Source of the DNA: Balanoglossus misakiensis
Taxonomy: Eukaryota; Animalia; Hemichordata
Assembly (NCBI GenBank): GCA_040954595.2
Contig: CM082596.2
Coordinates: forward strand, 2,598,999 to 2,662,998
DNA length: 64,000 nucleotides
Reading direction: 5' to 3'
Shown piece after piece: positions 1 through 11,820 of this stretch (positions are counted from its first letter, which is position 1; each line of letters starts with the position of its first letter). The position numbers and the translations under genes were made by a program. The notes under the pieces were generated by a model that saw only the letters and a program-made list of their open reading frames with translations, searched no databases and was not told the DNA's origin.

Positions 1-2645
1 TTCACATTAATCACGATTGCTTAGCATCATTAAGATGCGTATCTCGTGCAGCGGAACCTAGTTTGCATAGCTTTCATCATTGAGCAAGAATACTAATGGT
101 GTAGAATGTAAGAAACACGTAATGGTTGGTTGATTTGGGAGTGAAATTATAAGGTGTGTATTTTTGAGGAATATATCGACAGAAGCCCATTTGAATCTGC
201 CATCCTTGACTGTATACCAGATAGTCAAGAATATAGTACAATACATGCAAACACTTCATTTTCCACGGGGTCCTTCACCCCGACACTCCACTATACTCCA
301 GACTTGCACGATCCTTGACTCCTGCGTGAGTGCAGTCAACGCAATGACTTCTTACACTATATGAATTTTAAATTAGGTTATGTGTCGGTTTTGAGGTTGA
401 CTAAAATTGCAAACGAGATGTGTTCATATGAAAATTATCAGTGGACGATTTAAAATTTAGCAGATAGGTCATTAGTATGCATGGGTTTTACTAGCCAATA
501 TGCGATTTTAAATATTGTAGCCACAATCCACAAAGTGTGATGTAAAGTGGAGTGGTTTCATGAAAGAAAACATGAATAACGTATTAGTTACATGAGACGT
601 ACATCGAAAATTGTTTGCAGCTTTCAGCTGAGGTCGTTATTGTGGAGTGTTCGAGTTCTGACGTCACGTTTCGCTGGTATCGGGTAGACAGGTGAATGAT
701 CACGTCAGTTCCAGATGGCAGTCTTATAAAACACGCACACAAAGCCGACCGGTTTGAGTGAAATATGGAGTGAAATCTTCTCCATCTTGAAAGGAACGAC
801 AAAAGCCCAATGTCGTGGGATCAACTTTCGCTGATAAGGTGCGTGGCGCCAAGCCGAACTGAACCAAAAAAAAAAGAAAACGTTTACTACGACTCGTGAA
901 GAATCCAGCTTGTTTTGATCACCAGAACGGTAACCATGGTAACAGCGACAATACTAAATCCACGACAAAACCGAGTGTGCCGCTATGAAAGGCTAAAACG
1001 TGCACAAGTCTGGAGGAACTCACTAAAAGACATACAAACATAGATTCAGCAGCCCTCTATGGTAAATGTCACCAGAGAACACAAAATAATGAGTACGGCC
1101 AAAGAAACGTTATAAATTTTATTCGGTAGATAAAATGGGTTTACAGATCATGAAATCCTAAATACACGGAGTTGTAAGAACAGTAGATGCAATGAATTTT
1201 GCGTATTGTTATTTTTTTCAAGATGACGTAATGCATAGAGAGATAATGCATAGTGAAGTGGAGTAGATAAAGACGAACAAACGAACTCGTAAATATATAG
1301 ATTCAGTATAATTAGTTTAATGTAATTTTACTTGACCTGTTCTCAAAGCAATGTATGTGTGTGACTTTTCTTATTCACCTTCTGAGAAACTTAGAAAATG
1401 TTACAAACTCTTTTCGAATATCCAGCATAAATGTAAAATTCGATTTGAATACATGGTGATGAATAAGCTATACACCAGTTTTAAATATGTCACCCTTTTC
1501 TCAAAAGTTTAGAATTTCTTCAATATTTGTTAATCGGTTGAGTGGTTTCAGTTAAGTATTTTTGGTAATATAAATTCAGTTTAATTTAGCTGCAAAACCT
1601 ATGTAAGGTTAATGACGCGAATGTTAGTGAAATAACGGGAACCTCCAATCGATATCTGCTCGCATAAAATTTCAATGGCGCCGTTTCCCGCAAGAATAAT
1701 TCAACACTAAACATTGCATGGTTTTGGGGTGAAATAATGACTCCAAAACGACAGAAGGCATTCAAAACATTCATACTCGCCAGAAATGCAGAAATAACAC
1801 TTAGAAATAGAATTATACTAATCAAATGTTGGAAAATTATACTGGTAAATTTGTGTCGCAATTTTGCGGCATGGTCTTTAACGCACAAAAAAGAAACGAA
1901 ATCTGAGTCGACGATCGTCGTTAAGAACACGTTGATAAAATCGAAGCGCAAACAATCAAACGTTATCAGTATAAATCATGACGTAAATGCAGTGGCTGAT
2001 TAAAATGAGAAAATCGATGAAACGTCATCAAGGTTGCTTGGTTACAAACAACATCAGCCCACAAAAGTGACCCATTTGTCAGTTCTGCCATAAAAATTAG
2101 CGCGGCTAATCAGTCGATTTTACAGTTGAAATAATTTGGGTTTGGGGAATGTCTATGTTTTCTTGGAATATGCAGGGACGTTATTACTCGGAAAGCCTAG
2201 ATTTCTGCAGCAATGATAAACACATCGTTAGTCAGCGTTATTGGGAGTAGCGGGCGAAAAAGCACAAGATTTATACTGTTTAGAATATTCTGATAATTCA
2301 CTAGGGTGACCAAAAGCAGTCGCGAGTCAAGGTTTTAGTGTAAGATAAAAATGCAGTGACAGTTATCAGGCTTCAAACGATATATTTGTACTCTGATGGC
2401 GGCGATCATCATACGTGTCCCGGGGTTCAGGTTTATCGGCAGACAGCGTCACTGCTCCCCGAGAAACACTCTCGACTATCGCCGTGTAATCGTTCCGATC
2501 TCTTTCAATTGGAACTTTAACGAGTGGAACTTCCCAACGGCGCTTGAAAGTCACAAAGATTTACTTCGATTTTTGACCTCGGGGGGTCCCTATCGTTGAT
2601 AAAACAAAAAAGCAAGAAAAAAACCTTATCGGCGTTTACCCTTAA

Positions 2646-4331
2646 GGTAGAGATGTAGGTTTTTTGCATTTTTTGAGTGATTTTTACTTTTTTCAATATT
2701 TCAAACCATTAGAATTTGCATTATTTTTTTATTAAAACAGTTTTACCGGGTCACATTCGTAAACATGTGTAAATTTATCAAAAGTAACATATTTTAAGAA
2801 TTGTGTGTACAGTTATAAACATTCCGGATTAACTGTCACCAGATTAGTGTTGGAGTTTGCTAACCAATTCACAGGAGCCCAGATATGCAAATCTGACTTT
2901 TCGAAAGTTAGGCTAGTTAACAGGAAGTTTGACAGGGGTGCTTTGTCTAGTGACTTCCAGCATGATGGTCAACTATGGCTTCCATCAGGGTTCGAACATC
3001 ATGCTCCATGGCACAGACTTATTGACCGGACATAGGGCAATGAAACACCCGCAAATGTACAATTACTAATTACATGTTTTTCCACGATTTTCCACTAATT
3101 TATGAACTTTTTGGAAATGCTCCATGACAGAACGTTTAGTTGTGACCAGTGTTGCTTGTCTCATCTTGTCGAGAAAGCTGTTGCTGGTGCAGCTTACAAT
3201 GTCACAACCGTCGATAAACTGAACAACTAATCCATTGCATGAAATAGGTGGATGTGTCAAGCGATGCCGATGCATAAATTTTCAGTTTTGAAACAGGAAG
3301 TTTGACAGGCTTGCTTTGTCTAGCGACTTCCAGAATGATGGAGTATGGCTTCCATCAGGGTTCGATCGTCATGTTCCGTGGCATAGACTAATTTACCGGA
3401 CACAGAGCAATGAAACGCCCGCAAATGTACAATTACTAATTTTACATGTTATGGTAGGAGTGAGAAAATTAGATTAAAATGGGTTTACAGAAGTGTATAC
3501 TTAACGGGCTTTAGTGTCGTTTGGAGAAGTTATCAGTGGCAGGGATTAACAGTCCCTTGTTTGCTGAATAAACAAACCAACCTCATTATTGTACTCTGTC
3601 CAGTAATGATGTCGTTTTTTCCACGATTTTCCACTAATTTATGAACTTGCAAAACGTTCTAGATGAAAATGACTTGGTCTAAAGTCTCTAGTATTATGCT
3701 ACTTCGTTAAAACATAACAAAGCAGTGAGTAAGTACTATTTATGATTGTTTTTTTCCAACTGAAAGTGCCGTTCACACAAATTGTCGATTTTCTCTGTTC
3801 GGTTTTGGGCTCTGGAGTGCAACTTCAAAAGAGTGTAACTTAGCAACGCGTGCACAGATTGTTCTGATTTTTGGCCTGAGGAAGGGAACAATACCTGTCT
3901 CCAAACCCCACAAGCGGATTTCCAATAAAGATGATAGAACAAAAGAAATCACCACACAAGTGAACAAAAGTCGATAATTTATGCAAAAATCGACAGTTGA
4001 CACTTTAAAGGCTCATTGTTCGAAAACAAAAGTGAATATCAAAATTCCATGACCCGGTATTTTTACCACTATACCCAGCTGTCGATTGCCGGTAACAGAT
4101 CACCTGGAGGCATTGTCTTTTTTTATTGCCAAGCCTTTGAGTAAAAAAACTTAAAATCGTGTATTTTTGAGCAAAACGAGAAAGAGAACAGAAATTTTGG
4201 AAAATAAACCAGATTTTCATAAACTTCAAGTATAGAGCTAACAGAAAATATATAATGTGTTGGTGGGAAACATGAAATACAAGGAGAAAAAATCGATTAA
4301 AAACAAGTGTCATAAAAGGTACATCTCAACC
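2646..4331. mobile_element. Non-autonomous TTAA-specific DNA transposon, Kolobok-like
   Basis: TTAA at 2642-2645 and 4332-4335 flank inverted termini GGTAGAGATGTA / TACATCTCAACC (11/12 match). RR...YY ends with a TTAA duplication are typical of Kolobok. No intact ORF inside. Confidence 0.6.
2919..3648 (+). repeat. Diverged direct duplication (~160 bp plus ~33 bp)
   Basis: AACAGGAAGTTTGACAGG...GCAAATGTACAATTACTAAT occurs at ~2919-3078 and ~3292-3450. TTTTCCACGATTTTCCACTAATTTATGAACTT occurs at ~3077-3109 and ~3617-3648. Confidence 0.9.
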
Positions 4332-6594
4332 TTAATGTGCAATGTCATAACCACTGAAGCGAACCCCGGAATCTCGACTTGTCATCTCGGATGAGATGCT
4401 CTCGCTCCAAAGTTGGCTTGGTGACGTCACGTGCACCCGAACAGGATGCAGCAGCAACACCAGAATCCGAAGCAAACACCTTTGCTGTGTCTCATACAAC
4501 GGCGGCAATGGCAACAACCGGTCTTCACGATAATCTGCGGACCTTCGGGTGAAAACAAAGAGAAGAAATTTCAATTGACTGTGTGAATAAACGGCAACAC
4601 GAACCTAAAGGCATCATCCAATTCCCCAAACTCACATTAGCCACGATCAGTCTCCATTAGCCGTACGTTAATCTGTGTGATGCAGTTTTCCAGGAAAACT
4701 GAGATAGTTTGCACCGCGCCGTGTTCACAGTAATGCAAACATCTAGAAGCATTAAAGGGACAGAGACACTAACTCCTGGCGTCTGTTTGGTTATTTTATT
4801 ATCGGTTGATGGGCTGTTTGTGTTATTTTACTCACTGAAACATATGGAATGAGCTGTTGCCATGGTTCAATTCACAACCGATACATGGACAACACATTTG
4901 CAAAAATGTCAGGCATGTATCAGAAAAACAATTGTGTTGCTAATGGTGAGCCATTAGTGAAACCGTGTCCATAACTTCGGTTCTGCGCATGGTCAGAAAC
5001 GCAAAAAGCCCAGGCAACAGCCATATGTTCTTCTGTTTGTTGGATATTTGTAAAATGAATGAAAAGGACAAACTGTATCTGGAGGCGTCATTACACTGTA
5101 AAGCAAATAAACTCCTATCTCGTAGTTGGAGAAGAAAGACCTTGTTATGATCCACATTGTCGAAGAGTACAGACGACCTAAACCCTATATCATACTCGGT
5201 CGAATATAACAAATAAGCTCTTATACAAGTCTGGATTCGATCAATCACAGTCATTAGAAAGTGCATATGGTTCAAATCATTTTATGTTCATATCAGCCCG
5301 GGTAAATGCCGTGCTCATCCATTATTAGATGACTAATTTCTTGCTCTGTTTTTTTTCAGACTACAGGTGAAACGCGCCTATAGCAGAACTTCCAACAGTG
5401 AATACAGAACATGTAAGTAAGCTAGCTACGTCAGGCTGTCGTTTGCCGAAAGTTTTGGTATTGGTCGTCTGTGTATATTTACGTATAGAAGGGAAAATAG
5501 TGAATTTGACGCAGATTGCTTTCAAGTGTTATCGCCTAACCTTGTCGCGGATGAAGACGTGACGGAGACAGCGGTATTCGTTGGCAACGCGCACCGGGAG
5601 GCCCCCCAGGGTCCGGCAAGGCACGACCTCGCTCAATGCTGTCGGCTGCTTTCAATTTGCGGAATAATTTCATAAGTGGTTCTGAATGGCGAGTAATGGC
5701 AGGGTCGTCAATTACGACTAACTCTTGCGACGTTAAATTGCTCCTAACAAGCCGCACGAGCACCAGCGCGGAAAAAATGCTAACTAATCGGTCGAGGCCA
5801 AGAGAACATCGAACGCGACTTAAAAAATATATTTTTTTCCAACTGTCTGTCATCTTACACACATCGAGACGCGAAATCAACATTTTCTTGTGCTAACTTA
5901 ATTTACCAAGTAAAATATACTTCAAAATCAAATCTTAAACCATCAAAAAACCCAGTGTTCATTTATTGATTGCTTTGAAGATACGGTGGCGAAATCTCTC
6001 GGTTTTCAAAAGAATATCATGAAGTATTTAGTATATACAAGAGAACAGATTAAGAAGTATTCGTTTTATTTCTCGGAAACAATTGTCCCCGAGGCGCATT
6101 GTTCTGATCTGCCGCAAGTGTACATTTTAATGTTGTCCCTGGTGTACAGTTGGTGGTTACAGCGGCCAAAATTGGAGGGCCTAAATTATATATATATGTC
6201 AGTGCATCGGCAGACTTTGAGCAAACAGAGTGCCCAGTGCTTGCAATAGGACATGGTATTTTTTGTGTCGATTGGTGCAGACTGCTACTGAATCTATTTC
6301 AAAAGGCAATCCCGTATAACAATGGAAAAGCGATTATCATAAATAAGTTTATCAGAGAAAAACAATCCGTTGTCATCTCGGAAACATTTTACTCATGCTC
6401 ATATATGAATATTTTATGTTGTCATGGTTACTAAAGGTTTGTTCATGTAATGATCTACCACTGGATTAGGATGACTCCGACTTAATTCCAAGTTTTAACC
6501 CCCACGGGATCACTTTTCAAATATAATCCGAAGCAGGCAAACAGTGACTATGTCGTAAACGGGCAACCGTGGCGTCTGTGTGTCTTTCTTTTGT

Positions 6595-6769
6595 AAGGGA
6601 AGAACCATTTGATTTTCTGGGGTGGATGGAGGAATTTTTGGGAGAAAATTATTGGCCGATGGCGCGGAGAAAAAAAATCTTCTAGCAATCGAAACAGTTA
6701 CAATGGCTTTAAAAATGATGACATACCCGAAGCCTCCATCTTTCCAGGAATCTTATGATTCTCCCCTAA
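6595..6769. mobile_element. Degenerate MITE
   Basis: Imperfect inverted ends TAAGGGAAGAACCATTTGATTTTCTGG and CCAGGAATCTTATGATTCTCCCCTAA. Confidence 0.4.
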
Positions 6770-7771
6770 CCAACGGATGACAAAGTCTAGATTACCCCCC
6801 CCCCTCCACGAAAAAAATGAGGAAATCAAAACAGTTGTCATGAAATGAAATATGACTGTGATGTAAGCTACAGAGCTGCTTGATCGATAACGGCGGACAA
6901 GAGTAAAATATTATGGTTATCTGGGAATAGCGTAGGCGATTCCTTTTCTAGGGAAACGCATTTTTTAAAGATAACATTTCTTCCCTGGCAGTGCAAAACA
7001 ACAAGACACTTCTTTTTTATGAATTTCACCCTCATCCCCCCCCCCCCCCCGACCGAAAAATAAAACGTTACGTGTATATAGAACAGCGACGTGTCCAGCA
7101 AAACTCTAAGGCACTATCAGTAACACCCACGCGTCAATCATGGAGAACGTGACAATTGTGGAGTGGTGTGGAACCAATAGACATGCACAGTTTCATTAGC
7201 CAGCAACAGGACGCCTTTTGTGATAAACGATTCCTTGTCTGGCCTTTGACACGTTGTAATCAGCGAAGTTGAAATTCATATTTCATATCATATCTGTAAC
7301 GCTGTGTATTCCTTGATGCGCCGTAAATTACATGCGTGTCCCTTTCACATAAATGGCTTGTTTGTCCCACTGTCTTTTCAGTGGTACCAATCACGTGACG
7401 GAAACTTGTTTCCATGGCAGCAGTAATTGCTATTTGATTCCGATCACCCGAGTGAATCTGTATCGATCGTGGTATCAACCTGGGCCATGTACGTTTTATC
7501 ACAATTGCCACTTCCGAGCTGTTCTATCGAAAATTGTGATCTGCAGTTTAGTGCTCCCAACTCAATATGAGCGGACGCGATGACGCTACGCGTACAATTC
7601 TTACAAACACTGGAAATATTGCATCTGTAAATGGGGTTTTATTGCGCTGGTCTTTGGTTAAACCTCTTATGATTTTTTTAAAAGAATGATTATCCCTTTA
7701 CACTGCAGAGAACAGGTAGGTTACCAAGCAACGGCGGAACGTTACTGAATAGATAACGTAGAGGCACTTAC

Positions 7772-8690
7772 CTTTTGAGATTTCTCGTATGGACGCAAAC
7801 ACCTCGTCCCCCGTGGGTCTTGTGTCAGGGTCTCGTGTCACCATAGAATCTATCAACTGCCTCAGTGCCAACCCAGTTGCGACGTCACGGTCAAGTTTCC
7901 GCACGGCATTTGGGTTCTGCGCCAGGGTCTTGCCGATATACGAGTCTTTGCCCTCCTCAGCGTCTTCGTAACTGTAGAACGCCATGAGATTTTTATTGCT
8001 GTCGCTGTAGTAATACACCTCCCTCTCCAACATCGCCAGGAAGATGACCCCGAGGGAGAAAATGTCCATCTTGAAGGAGTAAACGTTTTTGTACACCTCC
8101 GGCGCCAGAAACGCCTCTGTCCCCTCCACGCTCTTGTAATAACTCACGTATTCTCCCTCCTCTTCCTTGGACTCGGTCAGGAGCCTTTTGTCTAGGGTAG
8201 TGGCCACTGCAAAACCCGTCACCTTCAGAATGCCCGTCCCGTCCCCACGGGGTTTGACCAGAATGTTGTCCGGCTTCAGGTCCCGGTGCGTCACGTTGTT
8301 GTGATGCAGAAACGAAACGGCGTCCGCCAGTTGAGCCATGCATCGCAAATTGAGCTCGATGTCGTAGGGTCTTTTCAGAAGGTAATTGTTCAAATTGCCA
8401 CCTTCGCAATATTCCATTACTAAGTATGCATAATTATCGTCGGCATAACCGTCTATTAATTCCACTACATGGGCATGATGTCGGGTAAGGGCGAATGCTC
8501 TGGATTCCCGTATGGCGCTGACGTAGTTGGCTTTCCCCTGCCAGGGAATTCTCTTCATTGCCATTTTCGTCCCGTCGTCGTCCTTCACGAGATACACTGT
8601 GCCAAACGCGCCGCGACCAAGCGGTTTGACGATGTCGTATTTGGACGACAGCACCTCGTTGACGATATTAAATAGGGATTTCGAAGTCAT
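7772..8690 (-). CDS. PDIK1L/STK35 (NKF4)-like Ser/Thr kinase domain, probable pseudokinase; main coding exon
   Basis: ORF 8690-7698 has GRGAFG, MAMK, alphaC Glu (AIRES), HRDLKPDN, APE and DIFSLG. It also has PDIK1L-like segments MEYCEGGNLNNYLL, AMLER and IGKTLAQNP. DFG reads GFA. A donor AAAG|GTAAGT at 7771 suggests a further downstream exon that I could not identify; read-through stops at 7698. Confidence 0.85.
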
Positions 8691-9561
8691 CTTTCACGAC
8701 CTGGTGTGTATGAAAACGATATTGTTTCCCCACCAAGGGTGAGCGCTTCGTTGAGACGGATCTAAAACCACTTTCAATTGGGAAAGGGAGAGTTCAACAA
8801 AACGGCGGGTTTAATTTCCATGTGAACGCCAAATAAACAAAGCGATTGTGTTGATCCTCCTTCTGTACGTAAGTAAACAGGTAAGCCGTGACGTTGGCTA
8901 AAATTGGAAGGTGGTGGTCAGTTGTGGGGTATGCAATGCAACGAAGGCAATGCGATGCCTCTTCAACTGGTTACGAATCTCTAAAACTAGAAACTAGCTC
9001 TGAAATTCGACTTCAGTTTTTATAGTCATCGCCTCTTTCACGTCACGTTTTTCTCTTTAGAACCATTGCCAATGTAATGGTGGTGGACCAGTGCCACAAT
9101 CGTCGTTCACGTCACACTGGAAGAATAAAGTGCACACGGTCAGACTGCTGTAAAATAAATATAACGTGTTTTATTCGATCTTTCCGGATAACACAGACTT
9201 AGGGTCAGAATCGATTACCATTAACCGCTCCAAAAGGATCAATATTTGGACGCATTTTGACAACCGAGAGCATTTACACAGATTCAGCCGGGCATTCAAA
9301 CTTCACACAGCGACAACAAAAGGTTTCCGCCTTTGAATATAACGCAGGTGTTGTCTCGTAAAAAAGACTCCATACTATTAAAAAGACTCGAACGTCAGTC
9401 AGCTTAAGGCCCACTGAGCGAAAACCTTGTGGATCAGATTGTGGACTTATTACTTAATTAACAGAAACCGCACCAGCGATTTGAAGCGCTACATGCTACC
9501 CCTGAAAGTCGGCGATCGAGTCGGATTTGGAATGGAAGTCGAAAAACTGCGGTTTACTTAC

Positions 9562-9720
9562 CGTTTCGTAGAGTAAACACCGCTTCCATGGCAGCCGATG
9601 TGGACGCTAACGCCGATAGGCCTTTCCCTTTCAACGAGCCTGTGATGTCTAGCTTGAAAAGGGGACGATCTGCCATGCTTGACCTGTGAGGGCGGCTTTC
9701 TACGACAGAGTCACTCATGC
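9562..9720 (-). other. Putative upstream exon of the kinase locus
   Basis: GCTGCC-ATG-G at 9589 followed by a consensus donor ACG|GTAAGT at 9561. A candidate acceptor TTTTCATACACACCAG| lies 10 nt before the kinase ATG. Confidence 0.4.
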
Positions 9721-10920
9721 GTACGACGTGAACGAACAATACGTATTGTAATATTTGCACGTTGTTTTTTTTTGCGCGACTGGTTTGGTCATGTCACTGA
9801 CTTGTCAGGTCGAGAGGAGGTCGAGAGGACCATTTCATTTTACACCTGGTGAAGTTTTTACAACGAAGGACAAAGCAGTATCGCTTCGAATTTGTCTGAC
9901 GTCACGCGAAGGAGACAGAACTCCCCTGGAAATTATTTCGCGTTACTAGTATTTGATATAAACAAGTGTACACGCACTGCATAGCAGCGGAACACTTGGG
10001 AGAAAAATCGATACTTTATGAAGAAATACAGAGTGGTTCCGTGTTTTTATTGATGGGTCATTTGTAAAACGAGTCAATATCCATACAAACTACTAGCTGA
10101 TATTAGTGGATTCGTTCTAATTTCGTTACTCTTTGGAACCCTTACATTTACAAGGGCCGGAATTGCTTTTTCATGTCATATCTGTTTTCATGTCATATAT
10201 ATCTGTTCAGGAATATCTGTTTTGATTAAAAAAATATCCCCGAACTCAAAAATTCACTTTCGTGTAATAACATGAGCTATTGAGTTCTATGAGAGCAATA
10301 GACCACGAAATTATTCATCGTTCCGCTGGATTGTGCTCCGGTTGTTAGATTTGATTATTCTGTATCCACTAGGTCTAAATTATGGTGATTTCGCCGATAC
10401 GGATCTATATTTGTGTTCCATAAAAGCCATCGGTTCGCCGATGGAAGAAAAATGTAATTACCGAGAAATTAAAGCTTTATTGCGCCGAAAAGACACGATG
10501 ACTTTTTAATGGGGGTTTATGATTCCTGACGTAAACGCGCAAAAGGTCAGCAATGTTTGCTCTTTTAGGGAGTTAGAATATCTGGGTCACGAAGCTCTTG
10601 AGATATATCTCGGTCGCAAGCTACAAGCAAGCCATTACTGTAATATCTCATTTCATTTCTAAAATTAATACCCAACGTAGGCCTACACATTTCGTAACTA
10701 CTGCCTGCGACATCGGCGGCTTTCTTGTGAAGCTTTTATAATAGCACAGTCCAGGGTTTTATCAATGTCGCTAAAAATAGATTTGCGCGAGTGCGCATGC
10801 GTCCGGCAACAGTGAAATGCGGACAAAAGCGGACATTGACGTAGCATCGACTGAGCGAAGCACGTAGCGATAGCGTTGCTCTTTTTACTTTTAAAAACTT
10901 TGTTTTGGTTTACTTCCGCG

Positions 10921-11170
10921 ATGGGCGCTACTAAACATTGCTGTTACGGACATTGCACGAGTGACTCGAGGTACACCGATCGTGTTGAAATGAAAGATGT
11001 TTTCTTCATACGATTTCCGAAGCCACATCGAAATATTTTGAAATGTCAAAATGGATTTATGCTTGCGGGAGACAGGGTTTCGGCGTCGACAATGTCAAAA
11101 AGGACACCTATATTTGTAGCCTCCACTTCGTAGGCAGGAAGGGACCAACAAGCGACCATCCCGACCTCAT
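10921..11170 (+). pseudogene. THAP zinc-finger N-terminus of a transposase (frameshifted, truncated)
   Basis: MGATKHCCYGHCTSDSRY...FIRFPKP...KCQ, then a 1-nt frameshift in the A-run near 11050, then WIYACGR...TYICSLHFVG..GPT..HPD. This is the C2CH THAP signature; no DDE domain follows. Confidence 0.85.
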
Positions 11171-11586
11171 ATCAATATTGCAAATATCTCTCGTATAGTC
11201 ATGTCAACAACACTACTTTTATCAGTAAGGACCTGTGGCAGCCCCCCCCCCCCCCCCCCCCCCCATCGCCCACACAGCCTAGCCCGTAGTTTATTTCCGC
11301 GCAGTATATTGCGTTGGTCTATATTTTTATCGCCTATTCGACACTTGATCTGAGAACATAAATAAAAAACACACCAGAGCATAACAACAACGTTTCGAAG
11401 AACGACGAGAGTGGACCTATAAACCGGGGTCGCGGTGCACAACATCGTTGGCGCGCATACATACGTGCAGACTACACAAACACAAGTGGGGAAATATTGA
11501 ACAGGAAAATAATCTCACAAGAAATAATAAGTTTAACGATTTTTTTCTTGAAATTCTATTGCCTCAAACTCATTTCACATCAATAT

Positions 11587-11820
11587 TTAGTATGCCTGCT
11601 TCCGAAGAAGCCGGTCAATGCGGAAGTAAACAATAATTACGATGATGAACTTGAATGAACTCATCAGCTCCACTTTTTTCCCACTTGTTTTTATACCTCT
11701 ACATTTCAGCCACCTTTTAAGTTGCTCAACAGAGTGCTTCTCAACAGATGCATATGCAAGCTTTGCACCAGGAACATCATTTTCATCCAGTGAAATTGGT
11801 TCGGTCGACGCCGGCATCAT
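11587..11820 (-). pseudogene. SAP-domain N-terminus of transposon ORF2 (YqaJ-type exonuclease protein), truncated
   Basis: LDENDVPGAKL...SVEQLKRWLKCRGIKTSGKKVELM matches the SAP pattern. It lies inside the TIRs, convergent to THAP. Confidence 0.65.

Noticed and set aside
10-57. Possible terminal exon of the kinase (GSAARDTHLNDAKQS*)
   Set aside because: Phase-compatible, but the acceptor is weak and there is no homology support.
4752-5990. Further Kolobok-like element starting TTAAAGGGACAG
   Set aside because: No matching inverted right end found.
7789-8742. Antisense and alternative-frame ORFs over the kinase
   Set aside because: Shadow ORFs of GC-rich coding sequence with no motifs.
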